A stretch of 64,000 nucleotides of DNA from Oligoflexia bacterium (GTDB taxonomy: Bacteria; Bdellovibrionota; Bdellovibrionia; JABDDW01): contig JADLCR010000014.1 in assembly GCA_020847095.1 (NCBI GenBank), positions 33,647 to 97,646 of the forward strand, written 5' to 3'. The translations under genes were made by a program, and so were the position numbers. The notes under the pieces are model-generated. The model did no database searches, was not told the DNA's origin, and saw only the letters and a program-made list of their open reading frames with translations. Positions 10,901 to 20,727 of the stretch are shown here, piece after piece; within the stretch, counting starts at the first letter, position 1, and every line of letters starts with the position of its first letter.

Positions 10901-11434
10901 TTAAGTTTCGAGAACCGGTTTACCCTGACGCAAGTTAGGAGTGCTTCCACCCTGAACCGCCTCGGTTGGGGTCGCAATATGGGGCAAGTAACCGTTGTTT
11001 CGCTCAATAAGCTCCAAATGCGCGGTCAGTAAGTTCTTTAGGGCCACTTCAAACTGTGTTTTTTGGCGCTTAAGTTCAGTGATCTCTTGATAGGTTTTTT
11101 TCAGCGAGTCTCTTGAATCTCGAATGATGGCATCAGCTTTTTGTTGTGCATCGTTTAAAACCAAGGCGGCTTCGCGCTCTGCATCTTTTCTCAAATTTTC
11201 AGTCATTTTGTGCGCGGTCATCAAAGTTTCTTTCAAGGCTTTGTCTTTTTCCTTAAATTCCAAAACTTGAAGCTCTCGCTCGCGTAGCATCTCCTTCAAT
11301 TGATTTCGCTCACGAATGACGCCTTCCATTTCAGAAGCGACTTCCTTCAAAAACGAAGCAACTTCTTCGGCATCTAATCCACCGAGTCGTCGACCAAAAG
11401 TTTTGTGAGCAATATCTATTGGAGCTATTTTCAT
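10901..11434 (-). CDS. divIVA: DivIVA-domain cell-division protein
   Basis: N-terminal MKIAPIDIAHKTFGRRLGGLDAEEVASFLKEVA (DivIVA lipid-binding domain) followed by coiled coil. RBS AGGAGGGCAGGC. Confidence 0.75.
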   Translation of the reverse strand: MKIAPIDIAHKTFGRRLGGLDAEEVASFLKEVASEMEGVIRERNQLKEMLRERELQVLEFKEKDKALKETLMTAHKMTENLRKDAEREAALVLNDAQQKADAIIRDSRDSLKKTYQEITELKRQKTQFEVALKNLLTAHLELIERNNGYLPHIATPTEAVQGGSTPNLRQGKPVLET

Positions 11435-11495
11435 GCCTGCCCTCCTTGGACGTGCTTGTACTGATGCTTTTCTTATTTTATATGGTTTTTAAAGC

Positions 11496-12308
11496 CTAGC
11501 GCAATGCCCGAGACAATTCGCGACTGCGATTGCGGGCTCCATCTAGCCCAGCTTTCAATGCAGAGTCCAGTCTGCGCTCACGCATCGACTTAAGTCCAGC
11601 CAGTGTGGTTCCCTTTTTACTTGTGACCTGAGATAAGAGCCTTTCAAAAGAACTGCCAGAATCTTCTGCCAGAAGCGCTGCCCCCAAGAAAACTTTCTGA
11701 ATCGTCTGTTGAGCTTCCAGTTTTGAAAGCCCTTGAGAACAAAGCCACTGAAAGTAAATTTCCATAAACCAAAATAGAAAACCGACTCCTGAAGATGACG
11801 CCGCCAAAACAACGTCAACCAGCTTCTCTGATTTAAGTGTCACGACAAATCCAAGCGACTTTAATGTCTTGATGATGTTCGACTCAGAAGAGCGGACCCG
11901 CGATTCGAAGTAAACACCTAGAACTCCCTTTCCGAGCCGAATTGGCAAGTTCGTCATCACTCGCCCCACCGATCGCGCGCCTACAAGTCTTTTCGAGATG
12001 GCTTTTGAAGAATGCCCGGCAGCAAGACTCAAAAATATTTTACCTCGAGCATAAGGATGAATTTCATCAAGAATTGCCATTAAGTCTTGTGGCTTGGCAC
12101 CCAAGACGATGATGTCGCACTTTTTAACGAGGTCAATATTAGTCGCTGCTTTACGTATTCCCGTTTGTCGCACAAACTTATCAAGTTTCGATTTCGTTCG
12201 ATTGGTGGCAAAAATCTGGCCAGAAGACAACGCCTTAGTACGGAGAAGTCCGGTTATCATTGCTTGCGAAAGATTTCCGCACCCCAAAAAACCCCATCGA
12301 CTTTTCAT
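11496..12308 (-). CDS. proC: pyrroline-5-carboxylate reductase
   Basis: N-terminal Rossmann GxGxxS (FLGCGNLSQAMI). P5CR-length protein with conserved C-terminal dimerisation region. Confidence 0.8.
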   Translation of the reverse strand: MKSRWGFLGCGNLSQAMITGLLRTKALSSGQIFATNRTKSKLDKFVRQTGIRKAATNIDLVKKCDIIVLGAKPQDLMAILDEIHPYARGKIFLSLAAGHSSKAISKRLVGARSVGRVMTNLPIRLGKGVLGVYFESRVRSSESNIIKTLKSLGFVVTLKSEKLVDVVLAASSSGVGFLFWFMEIYFQWLCSQGLSKLEAQQTIQKVFLGAALLAEDSGSSFERLLSQVTSKKGTTLAGLKSMRERRLDSALKAGLDGARNRSRELSRALR

Positions 12309-13015
12309 CTCGCTTCCCCTCGACGACCAAAGATGGCTGTCCCTACTCGAATCATAGTGGCGCCTTCTTCAATAGCAATATCAAAGTCAAAAGTGGTTCC
12401 CATGCTCAATTCTTCGAACTTCATTTGTTGCGATTCAAACTTCTTCAGAAGCTCTTCTTTTAGTTTTCTGAGTTGAACAAAATAATGGCGAGACGCTTCA
12501 GGCTCTGCATCTAGAGGAGGTAGACTCATAAGTCCCACCACTTGCAACCTCTCTAGTCCCTGCATCTGCCCCAAAAGCACATCTAGAGCGCCAACGGGTA
12601 CTCCGGATTTTGTGGGTTCGTCGCCGAGCTTAACTTGAATCATGATTTTCTGAATCACCTGTGCTTCGGCCGCTCGCTTGTTGAGAATTTTAGCGAGATC
12701 AATCCGATCAACCGATTGAATTGTATCAAAGCGGCCAACTGCATATTTTGATTTGTTGGTTTGAAGCGGACCAATGAGATGCCAATGCACATCTAGATTT
12801 TGTAATTTGGCCCGTTCAATTTTCCGAGTGGCCTCTTGAATGTAATTTTCGCCGAAATGCCTAAGGCCCAAGTCATAGGCTTCTTGAATATGTTCGAAGC
12901 TTTTAGTTTTTGAAACAGCAATGAGCTTAGTGGCCCCCTGAGGACGGCCGGATTTTTTCTCAGCTTGAGCGATGCGATCGACTATGCCTGCGATTCGATC
13001 TTGAAGTTCTGACAT
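12305..13015 (-). CDS. yggS: YggS-family PLP-binding protein
   Basis: KLIAVSKTK (PLP-Lys), GHLQSNK-like (IGPLQTNKSKY), alanine-racemase-fold N-terminal pattern. Confidence 0.85.
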   Translation of the reverse strand: MSELQDRIAGIVDRIAQAEKKSGRPQGATKLIAVSKTKSFEHIQEAYDLGLRHFGENYIQEATRKIERAKLQNLDVHWHLIGPLQTNKSKYAVGRFDTIQSVDRIDLAKILNKRAAEAQVIQKIMIQVKLGDEPTKSGVPVGALDVLLGQMQGLERLQVVGLMSLPPLDAEPEASRHYFVQLRKLKEELLKKFESQQMKFEELSMGTTFDFDIAIEEGATMIRVGTAIFGRRGEAR

Positions 13016-13607
13016 TCCATCCCTTTTTTTCTAAAAGCCTTTGAACTTGACGCAGCGGAAGCCCCACGACGTTGAGAAAATCTCCATCCACCGATTTTAT
13101 GAAACTGGCGCCAAGCCCTTGAATTCCGTAGGACCCTGCTTTATCAAACGGCTCCCCCGAGTCAATGTACTTCTGGATCTCCGCGTCGGTCAGCCTGTGA
13201 AACTTCACAAGAGTCGATTCAATATGAATGACTGATTCTTCCGTACTTGAATTCAGAAGGCAAATCGCCGTCTTAACGCAATGAGTCTTGTTTCGAAGAC
13301 GTCCCAGCATGGCCTTGGCGTCTCGCGCGTTTCGAGGCTTACCAAGGACCAGTTTTCCGAGGCAAACGACAGTGTCCGCACTCAAAACAATAAATCCGTC
13401 GTTGTTTCGAGAGCTTAGTTTCGAAAATGCCGCCCAAGCCTTATCCATAACTACTCGCGTCAAATTCTCTTCCAGAGTCAGGTTTTCACTGAATGATTCC
13501 GATGAGTTGGGTGTCATGACAAGGAACTCAAAACCAGAGTCTTTGAGTATTTGCTTTCGTCGCGGCGATGACGAGGCCAGCACTAGCTGGAGTTGGTTCT
13601 TTTTCAT
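12960..13607 (-). CDS. maf: Maf-like nucleoside-triphosphate pyrophosphatase
   Basis: LVLASSSPRRKQIL, GADTVV, GKPRNARDAKAML, YGIQG motifs. Confidence 0.8.
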   Translation of the reverse strand: MKKNQLQLVLASSSPRRKQILKDSGFEFLVMTPNSSESFSENLTLEENLTRVVMDKAWAAFSKLSSRNNDGFIVLSADTVVCLGKLVLGKPRNARDAKAMLGRLRNKTHCVKTAICLLNSSTEESVIHIESTLVKFHRLTDAEIQKYIDSGEPFDKAGSYGIQGLGASFIKSVDGDFLNVVGLPLRQVQRLLEKKGWNVRTSRSNRRHSRSHRSS

Positions 13608-13636
13608 ACGGGGCTTGGTAGCACAATCGAAAGGCA

Positions 13637-14536
13637 TTGGCCATGGCTAACATCTTGCTCATCACGGGAACGGTTTTATCCGGATACGCGGTCTATTTGA
13701 TTGTGTCATCGGTTCTTGCTTCGTTGGGACAGACTCAAGAGATTCAATTGTCGTGGGCCTCGGGAGAAGCTCCTCAAAAATCCAAATCTGGAGTGATTCG
13801 ACTCACACGCCCACTCCTGCACCGCCTGATTCCGTTTACAAATCGCTTTCAGCTGACTGAGTACAAAGAAAAAATCAAAAGAAACATTCAAGCGGCCGGC
13901 CTTGCGGCAGAGCTTAACGAAAATGAATACGTCGCATTGCAAGTCGCCCTTGGATTTATTTTTCCGATCATGATCACCGTTTTAAATTTGTTATTCAACC
14001 TTGGCTACCCTTGGATCATGGTTTTATTTTTCGCAGTGTTTGGCTTTATGTACCCGTACTTGTACGTCAAGGGAGAAAAAGACACGCGCAAAACCCAAGT
14101 TCTTATTGACCTCCCATTTGTCGTCGACTTGCTGGCTCTCTCAACAGAAGCCGGTCTGGATTTCATAGGAGCCATTGGAAAGGTCGTCGACAAAATGACC
14201 GGTGGCCCATTGGCTGAAGAGCTCGGACAAGTGCTGCGCGATCTTAAACTCGGAAGTTCTCGAGCAGAAGCGCTCAACGCGCTGGCCTGGAGACTTAATA
14301 TGAGTGAGGTCTCCAGCTTCATCGCGGTTCTTGTGACAGCTGACTCCCTCGGTGCGAGCATCGGAACCGTTTTGAGACAACAATCTGAACAAATGCGCCA
14401 GGAACGATTTACCAAAGCAGAAAAAATGGGCGCTCAAGCTTCGCAAAAAATATTCTTGCCGTTAGTTTTGTTTATTTTGCCGGCCGTGCTTCTTGTGGTG
14501 TTTGGTCCGGTCATTTTGCAATTTATTGGATCTTGA
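13637..14536 (+). CDS. type II secretion system F-domain (TadB/TadC-like) membrane protein, orphan
   Basis: A single GspF-type domain of about 300 aa with TM helices at both ends. No tadA/cpaF ATPase upstream; the divergent neighbour is maf. Confidence 0.6.
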   Translation: MAMANILLITGTVLSGYAVYLIVSSVLASLGQTQEIQLSWASGEAPQKSKSGVIRLTRPLLHRLIPFTNRFQLTEYKEKIKRNIQAAGLAAELNENEYVALQVALGFIFPIMITVLNLLFNLGYPWIMVLFFAVFGFMYPYLYVKGEKDTRKTQVLIDLPFVVDLLALSTEAGLDFIGAIGKVVDKMTGGPLAEELGQVLRDLKLGSSRAEALNALAWRLNMSEVSSFIAVLVTADSLGASIGTVLRQQSEQMRQERFTKAEKMGAQASQKIFLPLVLFILPAVLLVVFGPVILQFIGS

Positions 14537-14538
14537 AA

Positions 14539-14892
14539 ATGGTGAAAGTGATGAACCAAAGAACTGGAATACTTTTAGGTGATCAAGTTGAGATTGCTCA
14601 AACCTTCTCAACACGCCTCATTGGATTAATCGGCCGCAAAGAACTCAAGTCCGGCGAAGGCCTTTTGATCAAAGGCAGCGGCAATTCCATTCACACTTGC
14701 TTTATGAAATTTCCAATTGACGCCGTTTTTTTTGATTCAAAGGGACAAGTTATTCACCTCGCCAAGGGCCTACACCCGTGGCGAATGACGATTGCAAAAT
14801 CGCTGAAACGAACTGATGTACTTGAGCTACCGATGGGTGCCATCGAAGCTTCAGATACTCGAATTGGAGATCACGTCAGTGTTACGACTTAA
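14539..14892 (+). CDS. DUF192-domain protein
   Basis: RLIGLIGRKELKSGEGLLIKGSGNSIHTCFMKFPIDAVFFD is the DUF192 signature. Overlaps the TadC-like stop. Confidence 0.6.
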   Translation: MVKVMNQRTGILLGDQVEIAQTFSTRLIGLIGRKELKSGEGLLIKGSGNSIHTCFMKFPIDAVFFDSKGQVIHLAKGLHPWRMTIAKSLKRTDVLELPMGAIEASDTRIGDHVSVTT

Positions 14893-16447
14893 GATTATTA
14901 AAGGCCCCGGCCTTGGACAAACAATTCAGTTGAAGCCCGGCGAAAACATCGTTGGACGAGTAGCTCCGAGCGAAGTGATTCTGGGTTCTTCAGGCGTAAG
15001 CAAAAAGCACGCAAAACTCACGGTGTCAGGTGATACCTGCGTCGTTTCGGATTTAGGATCAAGCAATGGCACTTATGTTAATGGCGTAAAAATAAAAGAT
15101 CGCATTGTAAAGCCCGGCGATCGCATCGGCTTTCATGATGTTATCGTGGAGCTGATTAGCGACACTCAATCCGCAAGGCTTCCGATGCCAACGCAACCAC
15201 CCTCACAGTGGAACCAACCGTTACCGTTTCAAAACCAAGGCCCCTTTTCGGCGCCAACAGGAGCTTCTCCGCAGCAACCAACACCCGCTCAAAATAAGTC
15301 CTTTATGGATTACTTAAAGGCGTACGTGGATAAAGTTGTTTTGCCTGGTGTCTACCGATTGAATGAAATGTATTCGATGAATCTTCTCATCGGCGTGTTT
15401 CTCGCCCTTTTTGTTTTAATTGTCACTGTCTTATCAACTATTCCCATGGCTGAGCTGACTCGCGACGGAGTGCAAAAAGAAGCTCAACGTCGAGCCCTGA
15501 CCGTGGCAAGGCAAATGGCCTTCTTTGCTGAAAAGAGTTTGATCGCCGGACAAGAATCAACAATTCGCACAGACTTTGCTGAATCGGAAGAAGGCGTTAA
15601 AGCAGCCCTCGTCATTTCAAGAGAAGATGGTCGAATCATAGCGCCGCTGACAAAGGCACAGAGCTATTCAAATGAAACTTTTGTCGCAAAAGCGCGCACA
15701 CATGATGAAACCTACGTTGAACAAATCTCAGATACCTTGGTCGGCGCTAGCGTTCCGATCCGATCGTTCTCGCCTGAAATTGGCGCACAAACAATCGCCT
15801 ATTATTCTGTCGTGATCTACAAAATGGACTCGCTCAATTACAGCGCTACCGTTGCTTTATTTGCCAGAATCTTGATCATCGCGGCCGTGATCGGAGGCAT
15901 ACTCTATTTCCTTTTATACAAGTTAGTCAGCCATCCCATTCAAGCAGCGGTCATGCAAATGGATGAAGCGCTACGCGGTGACAGAGACACTTTAGAATCC
16001 AAGTATGATTACGAACCGTTTTCAAAACTCATCGACTCAATCAACTCGGCACTTTCAAGAATGGGTTCACCAAGTCAGCAGGCCTCTCAGAACATCGATC
16101 GCACTTCAGAAGTTTCAAATTTGGTTCGCATTATCGCCAACCCCGCGTTTGCCCTTGATGAAAACGGAAAGTTTATTCAAGTGAATGCCGCTTTTGAAGA
16201 GCTTACCGGAATGCGACTGCTCACCCTTCAGGGGCAGGGGCTCGAGACATTGCAAGATCAAGCATTGAAGCTCAATATTGATGATCTCGTTAGTAAAGCG
16301 CGGGGCCAATTGGGCCTGATTCAGACAAATGAGCTCGAAATTGGCGGGCTCAATTACGAAATCGACGTCCAAGCAAGTGCCAAAGAAAATTCACCAGGCG
16401 AAGTGCAGTATTACTTTGGCACTATACAGAGGAGGGCGGCCGCTTGA
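14879..16447 (+). CDS. FHA-domain membrane protein with C-terminal PAS-like region
   Basis: N-terminal FHA (GENIVGRVAPSEVILGSSGVSKKHAKLTVSGDTCVVSDLGSSNGTYVNG), Pro/Gln linker, two TM segments, PAS-like C-terminus. A GTG start at 14879 avoids the long overlap with DUF192. Confidence 0.65.
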   Translation: MLRLKIIKGPGLGQTIQLKPGENIVGRVAPSEVILGSSGVSKKHAKLTVSGDTCVVSDLGSSNGTYVNGVKIKDRIVKPGDRIGFHDVIVELISDTQSARLPMPTQPPSQWNQPLPFQNQGPFSAPTGASPQQPTPAQNKSFMDYLKAYVDKVVLPGVYRLNEMYSMNLLIGVFLALFVLIVTVLSTIPMAELTRDGVQKEAQRRALTVARQMAFFAEKSLIAGQESTIRTDFAESEEGVKAALVISREDGRIIAPLTKAQSYSNETFVAKARTHDETYVEQISDTLVGASVPIRSFSPEIGAQTIAYYSVVIYKMDSLNYSATVALFARILIIAAVIGGILYFLLYKLVSHPIQAAVMQMDEALRGDRDTLESKYDYEPFSKLIDSINSALSRMGSPSQQASQNIDRTSEVSNLVRIIANPAFALDENGKFIQVNAAFEELTGMRLLTLQGQGLETLQDQALKLNIDDLVSKARGQLGLIQTNELEIGGLNYEIDVQASAKENSPGEVQYYFGTIQRRAAA

Positions 16448-17454
16448 GTACGCAGCTCGCTCAAGCCCAACGGGCACAAAACTCCGAGGTTCTGATCACG
16501 GTTCTTTCTGGTCCGGAGAGCGGCGTTGTGTATAAACTCCTCAACAACCAAATCACATTGGGCCGAGCCCAAGACAATGACATCGTTCTTCAAGATCCCA
16601 AAGCAAGTCGCCATCACGCCAAAATAGAAAATCAAGGCGCCAAGTTTGTGATCACTGATTTGGGAAGTCAAAACGGCATCATGGTCAACAATCAAATTGT
16701 CACTCATTCAGATTTGAAGCCTGGGGATCTTTTTATGGTGGGTTCGACCCAAATGAAATTTGGTCCGCCCCAATCAATGGCCTTAGTCAATGCGGCCCCT
16801 CCGGTTTTGCAAGCAAAGCCCGGTTTACCCGCAACACCGCGACCAAAATCCCCACTGGCAAGCCCGCAACCTTGGTCTTCGCCATCTTCTTTGTCTTTAC
16901 CCAAAAAAATCAATCTTCAAGACAAAACCACCAGAAACTTCATCGTGGGCGGAGTGATTATTGCCGTTCTTGTTGTGCTCAGCCAGGTAGGCCCCACAAG
17001 ACGTCAAGGAATTAGCATTAAAGATGATGCGGCCCTTCAAGAAGAAATTGATCAGACAATCGAGAGCAACGAAAAGAAACAAGAAGAAATCTCCAAAAAA
17101 GGTCTCGATACTCAGCAGTATCTTGAGGCGAATGCCTTTTATATGCGCGGTTTCAGAGAGTATCGCGAAGGTAACTTTCCTCGAAGTATTCAAAACTTTG
17201 AAGCCGCTTTAGCTCTTTATCCCAGTCACCCGTTGGCAAAACGTTACCTTGAGCGGTCGAGACTTAAGCTCAATGAACTGATCACAGCAGCCCTTGAGCG
17301 AGGCGAGCGTGCATTTCAGCTTCAACAATACAACAAAGCCAAGAGTGAATACAAAATGGTTTTGTTTTTAACAGGCGACCAAAAATCGAAAAGCGGTCAG
17401 TTGGCGGAAAAACGACTTGAAGCCATTCGCCTCATTCAGGCGACTGGAAGATGA
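16444..17454 (+). CDS. FHA-domain protein with TM segment and TPR-like C-terminus
   Basis: The TTG start overlaps the upstream stop and follows a GAGGAGGG RBS. FHA motif ITLGRAQDNDIVLQDPKASRHHAKIENQGAKFVITDLGSQNG. Confidence 0.7.
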   Translation: MSTQLAQAQRAQNSEVLITVLSGPESGVVYKLLNNQITLGRAQDNDIVLQDPKASRHHAKIENQGAKFVITDLGSQNGIMVNNQIVTHSDLKPGDLFMVGSTQMKFGPPQSMALVNAAPPVLQAKPGLPATPRPKSPLASPQPWSSPSSLSLPKKINLQDKTTRNFIVGGVIIAVLVVLSQVGPTRRQGISIKDDAALQEEIDQTIESNEKKQEEISKKGLDTQQYLEANAFYMRGFREYREGNFPRSIQNFEAALALYPSHPLAKRYLERSRLKLNELITAALERGERAFQLQQYNKAKSEYKMVLFLTGDQKSKSGQLAEKRLEAIRLIQATGR

Positions 17455-17461
17455 GTTGACT

Positions 17462-19348
17462 ATGGCAAAGTTGAGAATATTTCAACAAGGTGTACCGGTA
17501 ACTGAGAAGGATCTTGATACTTCTCAAACATATGTCATTGGCCGCGGAAGCCAGTGTGACATTGTCTTGGATCACCCCGAAGTGTCACGACAACACACAA
17601 AAATTCGCCATGACGGACAAAACTGGATTGCCGAAGTTCTTTCTCGTTTTGGGCGCATAATCGTTCACGGAACTCCGGTTGAATCAGTTTCATTAAGTCA
17701 CGGCGCCGTTTTTTACATTCCACCATTTGAAATTCGTATGGAAGAAACTGCCACTTCAGGGCTGAGCCAAACAATACCCATTCAAGCAACCAACCAATCC
17801 GCCGCAGAATTCTCCGATAAAACAAAGGTGGCGGAGGTTTCACTAAAGTCTGCACTTTTTAGGCTCGACGCTACCGGAGAGCCCGTTGAGGAGATTACTT
17901 TAGGCGCTGGAGTGATTGAAGCAGGGAGAAGTCGCTCGTGTCCGATTCAGCTTAAAGAAGAAGCGGCCAGTCGAAAACACTTCACGATTCTATTCGATGG
18001 AAGTCAGTTTATTTTACAAGATCAAAACGGAAGCTTACCTACACTGGTCAACGGCTCGCCCATTTCGACCCATGTTTTGCAAACCGGTGATGAAATCAGT
18101 GTCGGCCTAGATCGGTTTCGCTTTGAGCTCGTCAATCCAGAATTCGAGAACCTGCCGGCGGTCATCGAGGACGTTTCGGAGAAGACCGAACCTCATGTTC
18201 TTAAAATGACCCCTGAGCAAGTCCCCGCCATTTATCAACATGCGCCGCCAGTTAGCTATGAAGAAAGTCCGTATGGACGCCAAAAGCCCCATTCAAAGAA
18301 GAATACTTTTCGCATTGCCATTTTAGCTTTGGCCGTTGTTGCAGGGATTGGCTACGTCTTTAAAGGTCAGGAGCCCCAACAAACTCAAACCCGTGTGCCC
18401 GCCGGCCAGGGAGCTGTTGCCGTTGCCACTTATGAAAAGCTTTCTGAGCAAGACAAGAAGCTTATTGAAGACACGTACAATTTGGCTCAGTCCCTTTATA
18501 CGAGCGGCAAATACGAATTGGCGGCCATTGAACTCGAAAAACTGTTAAAAATTTATCCCAAACACAAAAAGGCATTAGAGCTTCAAAGTTTCAGCCAGCA
18601 AGCGCTTGAGAGAAAGCGAGAACTAGATGATATCGAACGACGAGATAAAGAACAGGCGGAGTTGCAGTCACGCATAAACGCAACTCTCGACTCTTGTGAA
18701 CGGCTCTATCGTGGAGGGCGCCATGGCGAGGTCGAAGGCTGTGTGAGCCAAATTTCTGATCTCGATCCTGAAAACGAAAGAGCACAAGAACTCAACGCCA
18801 TGGCCCAGCAAGCCATGGAACAAATCGCCCTCACTAACGAACAGCGAGCAGCTGCTTCGCGACGCCGACAGCAGGCGAAAAGTGCCTTCGAAGTCGGGAA
18901 AAAGGCTTTTAATGAAAAACGCTACCCCGCTGCCATTTCTCAATTTCAAAAAGTCATTCAAACCCCGTTTGCTGATAGCGAAGGCATGAAGGCTAAGTCA
19001 AAACTTGGAATCCAGGCCGCAAAAGAACGGATGCAAGAACAAAGCGGACAGCTGGTGCGCGAAGGAAAAGGTCACCTTGATAACAAAGACTACAAAAATG
19101 CCATTTCCAAATTCAAAAAGGCCTTGACTATGTTTCCAAATAACGGAGACGCATCCATTCTTTTGGAAAAAGCTCAAAAGGATTCAAACGTTGAACTCAA
19201 GAACTTGTATGCGGAAAGCGTTCTCGAAGAAAATCTTGGAAACATTGATTCGGCAAAGCGCAAATGGAAGACCATCCTTGATTCTGGACTGGTCGATAGC
19301 GAGTACTATCGAAAGGCCAAAAGCAAACTAGGAAAGTACGAGCGATGA
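17462..19348 (+). CDS. tandem-FHA-domain membrane protein with TPR repeats
   Basis: Two FHA cores (YVIGRGSQCDIVLDHPEVSRQHTKI..., ITLGAGVIEAGRSRSCPIQLKEEAASRKHFTI...). TM helix. C-terminal TPR-like repeats. Confidence 0.7.
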   Translation: MAKLRIFQQGVPVTEKDLDTSQTYVIGRGSQCDIVLDHPEVSRQHTKIRHDGQNWIAEVLSRFGRIIVHGTPVESVSLSHGAVFYIPPFEIRMEETATSGLSQTIPIQATNQSAAEFSDKTKVAEVSLKSALFRLDATGEPVEEITLGAGVIEAGRSRSCPIQLKEEAASRKHFTILFDGSQFILQDQNGSLPTLVNGSPISTHVLQTGDEISVGLDRFRFELVNPEFENLPAVIEDVSEKTEPHVLKMTPEQVPAIYQHAPPVSYEESPYGRQKPHSKKNTFRIAILALAVVAGIGYVFKGQEPQQTQTRVPAGQGAVAVATYEKLSEQDKKLIEDTYNLAQSLYTSGKYELAAIELEKLLKIYPKHKKALELQSFSQQALERKRELDDIERRDKEQAELQSRINATLDSCERLYRGGRHGEVEGCVSQISDLDPENERAQELNAMAQQAMEQIALTNEQRAAASRRRQQAKSAFEVGKKAFNEKRYPAAISQFQKVIQTPFADSEGMKAKSKLGIQAAKERMQEQSGQLVREGKGHLDNKDYKNAISKFKKALTMFPNNGDASILLEKAQKDSNVELKNLYAESVLEENLGNIDSAKRKWKTILDSGLVDSEYYRKAKSKLGKYER

Positions 19349-20031
19349 GTTTTCGAGTAGCAGAAAAAACCTACCCAGGCTCCATCCCTCGGCCCAGTGT
19401 TTCCGTCATGTCGCATGAAGAAACCCGTCTTTTAATCGCCACGACTTCATGGGGAGTCACTGAGGGTTCGCAACTAACTCAGCAAATCATAAAAGATTTT
19501 TACGGAACTTCAATGATCGATCCAGAGGCCACATCACCTTACGCGAAGCTCCCTGATTTATCTGAAAGTGCTAATAGCCTTAGAGCCGCCATGCTCTTAG
19601 CAAACGGAACACTGTTTCAAAAGCTCAACACGCCAACCTACCAATCCGGGGTCGAAACCGTCGCATTGGCCCTACATCAACGCGAACTCGTTTGGGTTCA
19701 GGCTGGTCTACCTAATCTCTTTTTATTGAGATCAGGGACCGTGATTCCGCTGCATTTTCAACATGATCTTTCTTCTGAAATGAATATGAAATATCCGTTG
19801 CCCGCGAAACTTCTGGGCACAACCGCCCAGCTTGATATTGAGACTAAGTCCTTTGTCATTAAAGAGGGCGACAAAATTATTTTGCTCTCACGAAGCAAGC
19901 CGGCGCGTACTTTGTTGGCGAAATCCTACTCCGAATCTGAAAGCTCTAAACTCTGCCAAATGATGTTGGATCAGATCGTCAAAGAAAATGAAGAGCTTCC
20001 GTTTTGGATTGCCGTTATCGATCTCGATTGA
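19345..20031 (+). CDS. hypothetical protein, possibly a degenerate PP2C-like (pseudo-phosphatase) fold
   Basis: ATGA overlap with the FHA gene. Layout resembles PP2C (LIATTSWGVTEG..., VALALHQRELVWVQAGLPNLFLLRSG), but the metal-binding Asp residues are not evident. Confidence 0.4.
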   Translation: MSFRVAEKTYPGSIPRPSVSVMSHEETRLLIATTSWGVTEGSQLTQQIIKDFYGTSMIDPEATSPYAKLPDLSESANSLRAAMLLANGTLFQKLNTPTYQSGVETVALALHQRELVWVQAGLPNLFLLRSGTVIPLHFQHDLSSEMNMKYPLPAKLLGTTAQLDIETKSFVIKEGDKIILLSRSKPARTLLAKSYSESESSKLCQMMLDQIVKENEELPFWIAVIDLD

Positions 20032-20032
20032 T

Positions 20033-20626
20033 TCAATCAAATTCTGAAAAGTCTTCGGCGTTTTTCTCTTTGAAGCGACTTGGTGCGCTTTTGTGGCCGC
20101 CAAAATGATAAAGCACCCCAATTCCCACGCCGACACCAAATGAATTTTTAGATTTGGCATACAGTGTTGGGGCTACCTCTAAATTCACTGACCAAGGAGA
20201 TTGGGTGATCACATACTCAACGCCAAAGGTTCCACGAAACCCAATTTGATAATTGTCATTTGGATCGGAGCCAGATACTCCAACGCCGCCCAATACACCC
20301 GGGCCCAAATAGAGCATAAGAGAATTCCAAAAATTATCACTCAAACGGCGATCTTGGGCATCAAAGAAGTAAAATAGATAGTCGGCGCTTCCTAAAACAA
20401 CTCGATTCGCTATTGAATAGCCCGCTGAAAAAGACAGGGCCCTCTTCCAAGCGCTGTAGTATTGGACCCGCGCCAAACTGGGTTCACCTGCAATAACTCC
20501 TAACCCCCAAGTGCCCTCTCTGTAGCCCGAGAACTTTTTTGACTTTGGAGCAAAGCTGGCTCCTAAGACCTCAAAACTGAATAAGCCAATAAGCATTGAC
20601 ATAAACAAGATAACGATGGTTTTCAT
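20033..20626 (-). CDS. outer-membrane beta-barrel protein (OmpW/opacity-like)
   Basis: The internal Met at 20626 gives signal peptide MKTIVILFMSMLIGLFSFEVLGA. Gly/aromatic-rich strands follow. Confidence 0.55.
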   Translation of the reverse strand: MKTIVILFMSMLIGLFSFEVLGASFAPKSKKFSGYREGTWGLGVIAGEPSLARVQYYSAWKRALSFSAGYSIANRVVLGSADYLFYFFDAQDRRLSDNFWNSLMLYLGPGVLGGVGVSGSDPNDNYQIGFRGTFGVEYVITQSPWSVNLEVAPTLYAKSKNSFGVGVGIGVLYHFGGHKSAPSRFKEKNAEDFSEFD

Positions 20627-20727
20627 AGGGCTAGTTTGCGGCAAAATTCCCGTAATTCCAATGCTTTTCAGCAGACCCTCAGTGGCGCTGACCTTGCAGT
20701 CAAAAGCCCATCGTAGGTGGAGAGTTA

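Noticed and set aside
10744-10938. 64-aa ORF MKSCLMYIKF...
   Set aside because: No RBS. An overlapping alternative frame encodes a THX-like basic peptide with a consensus RBS, and the 3' part overlaps divIVA.
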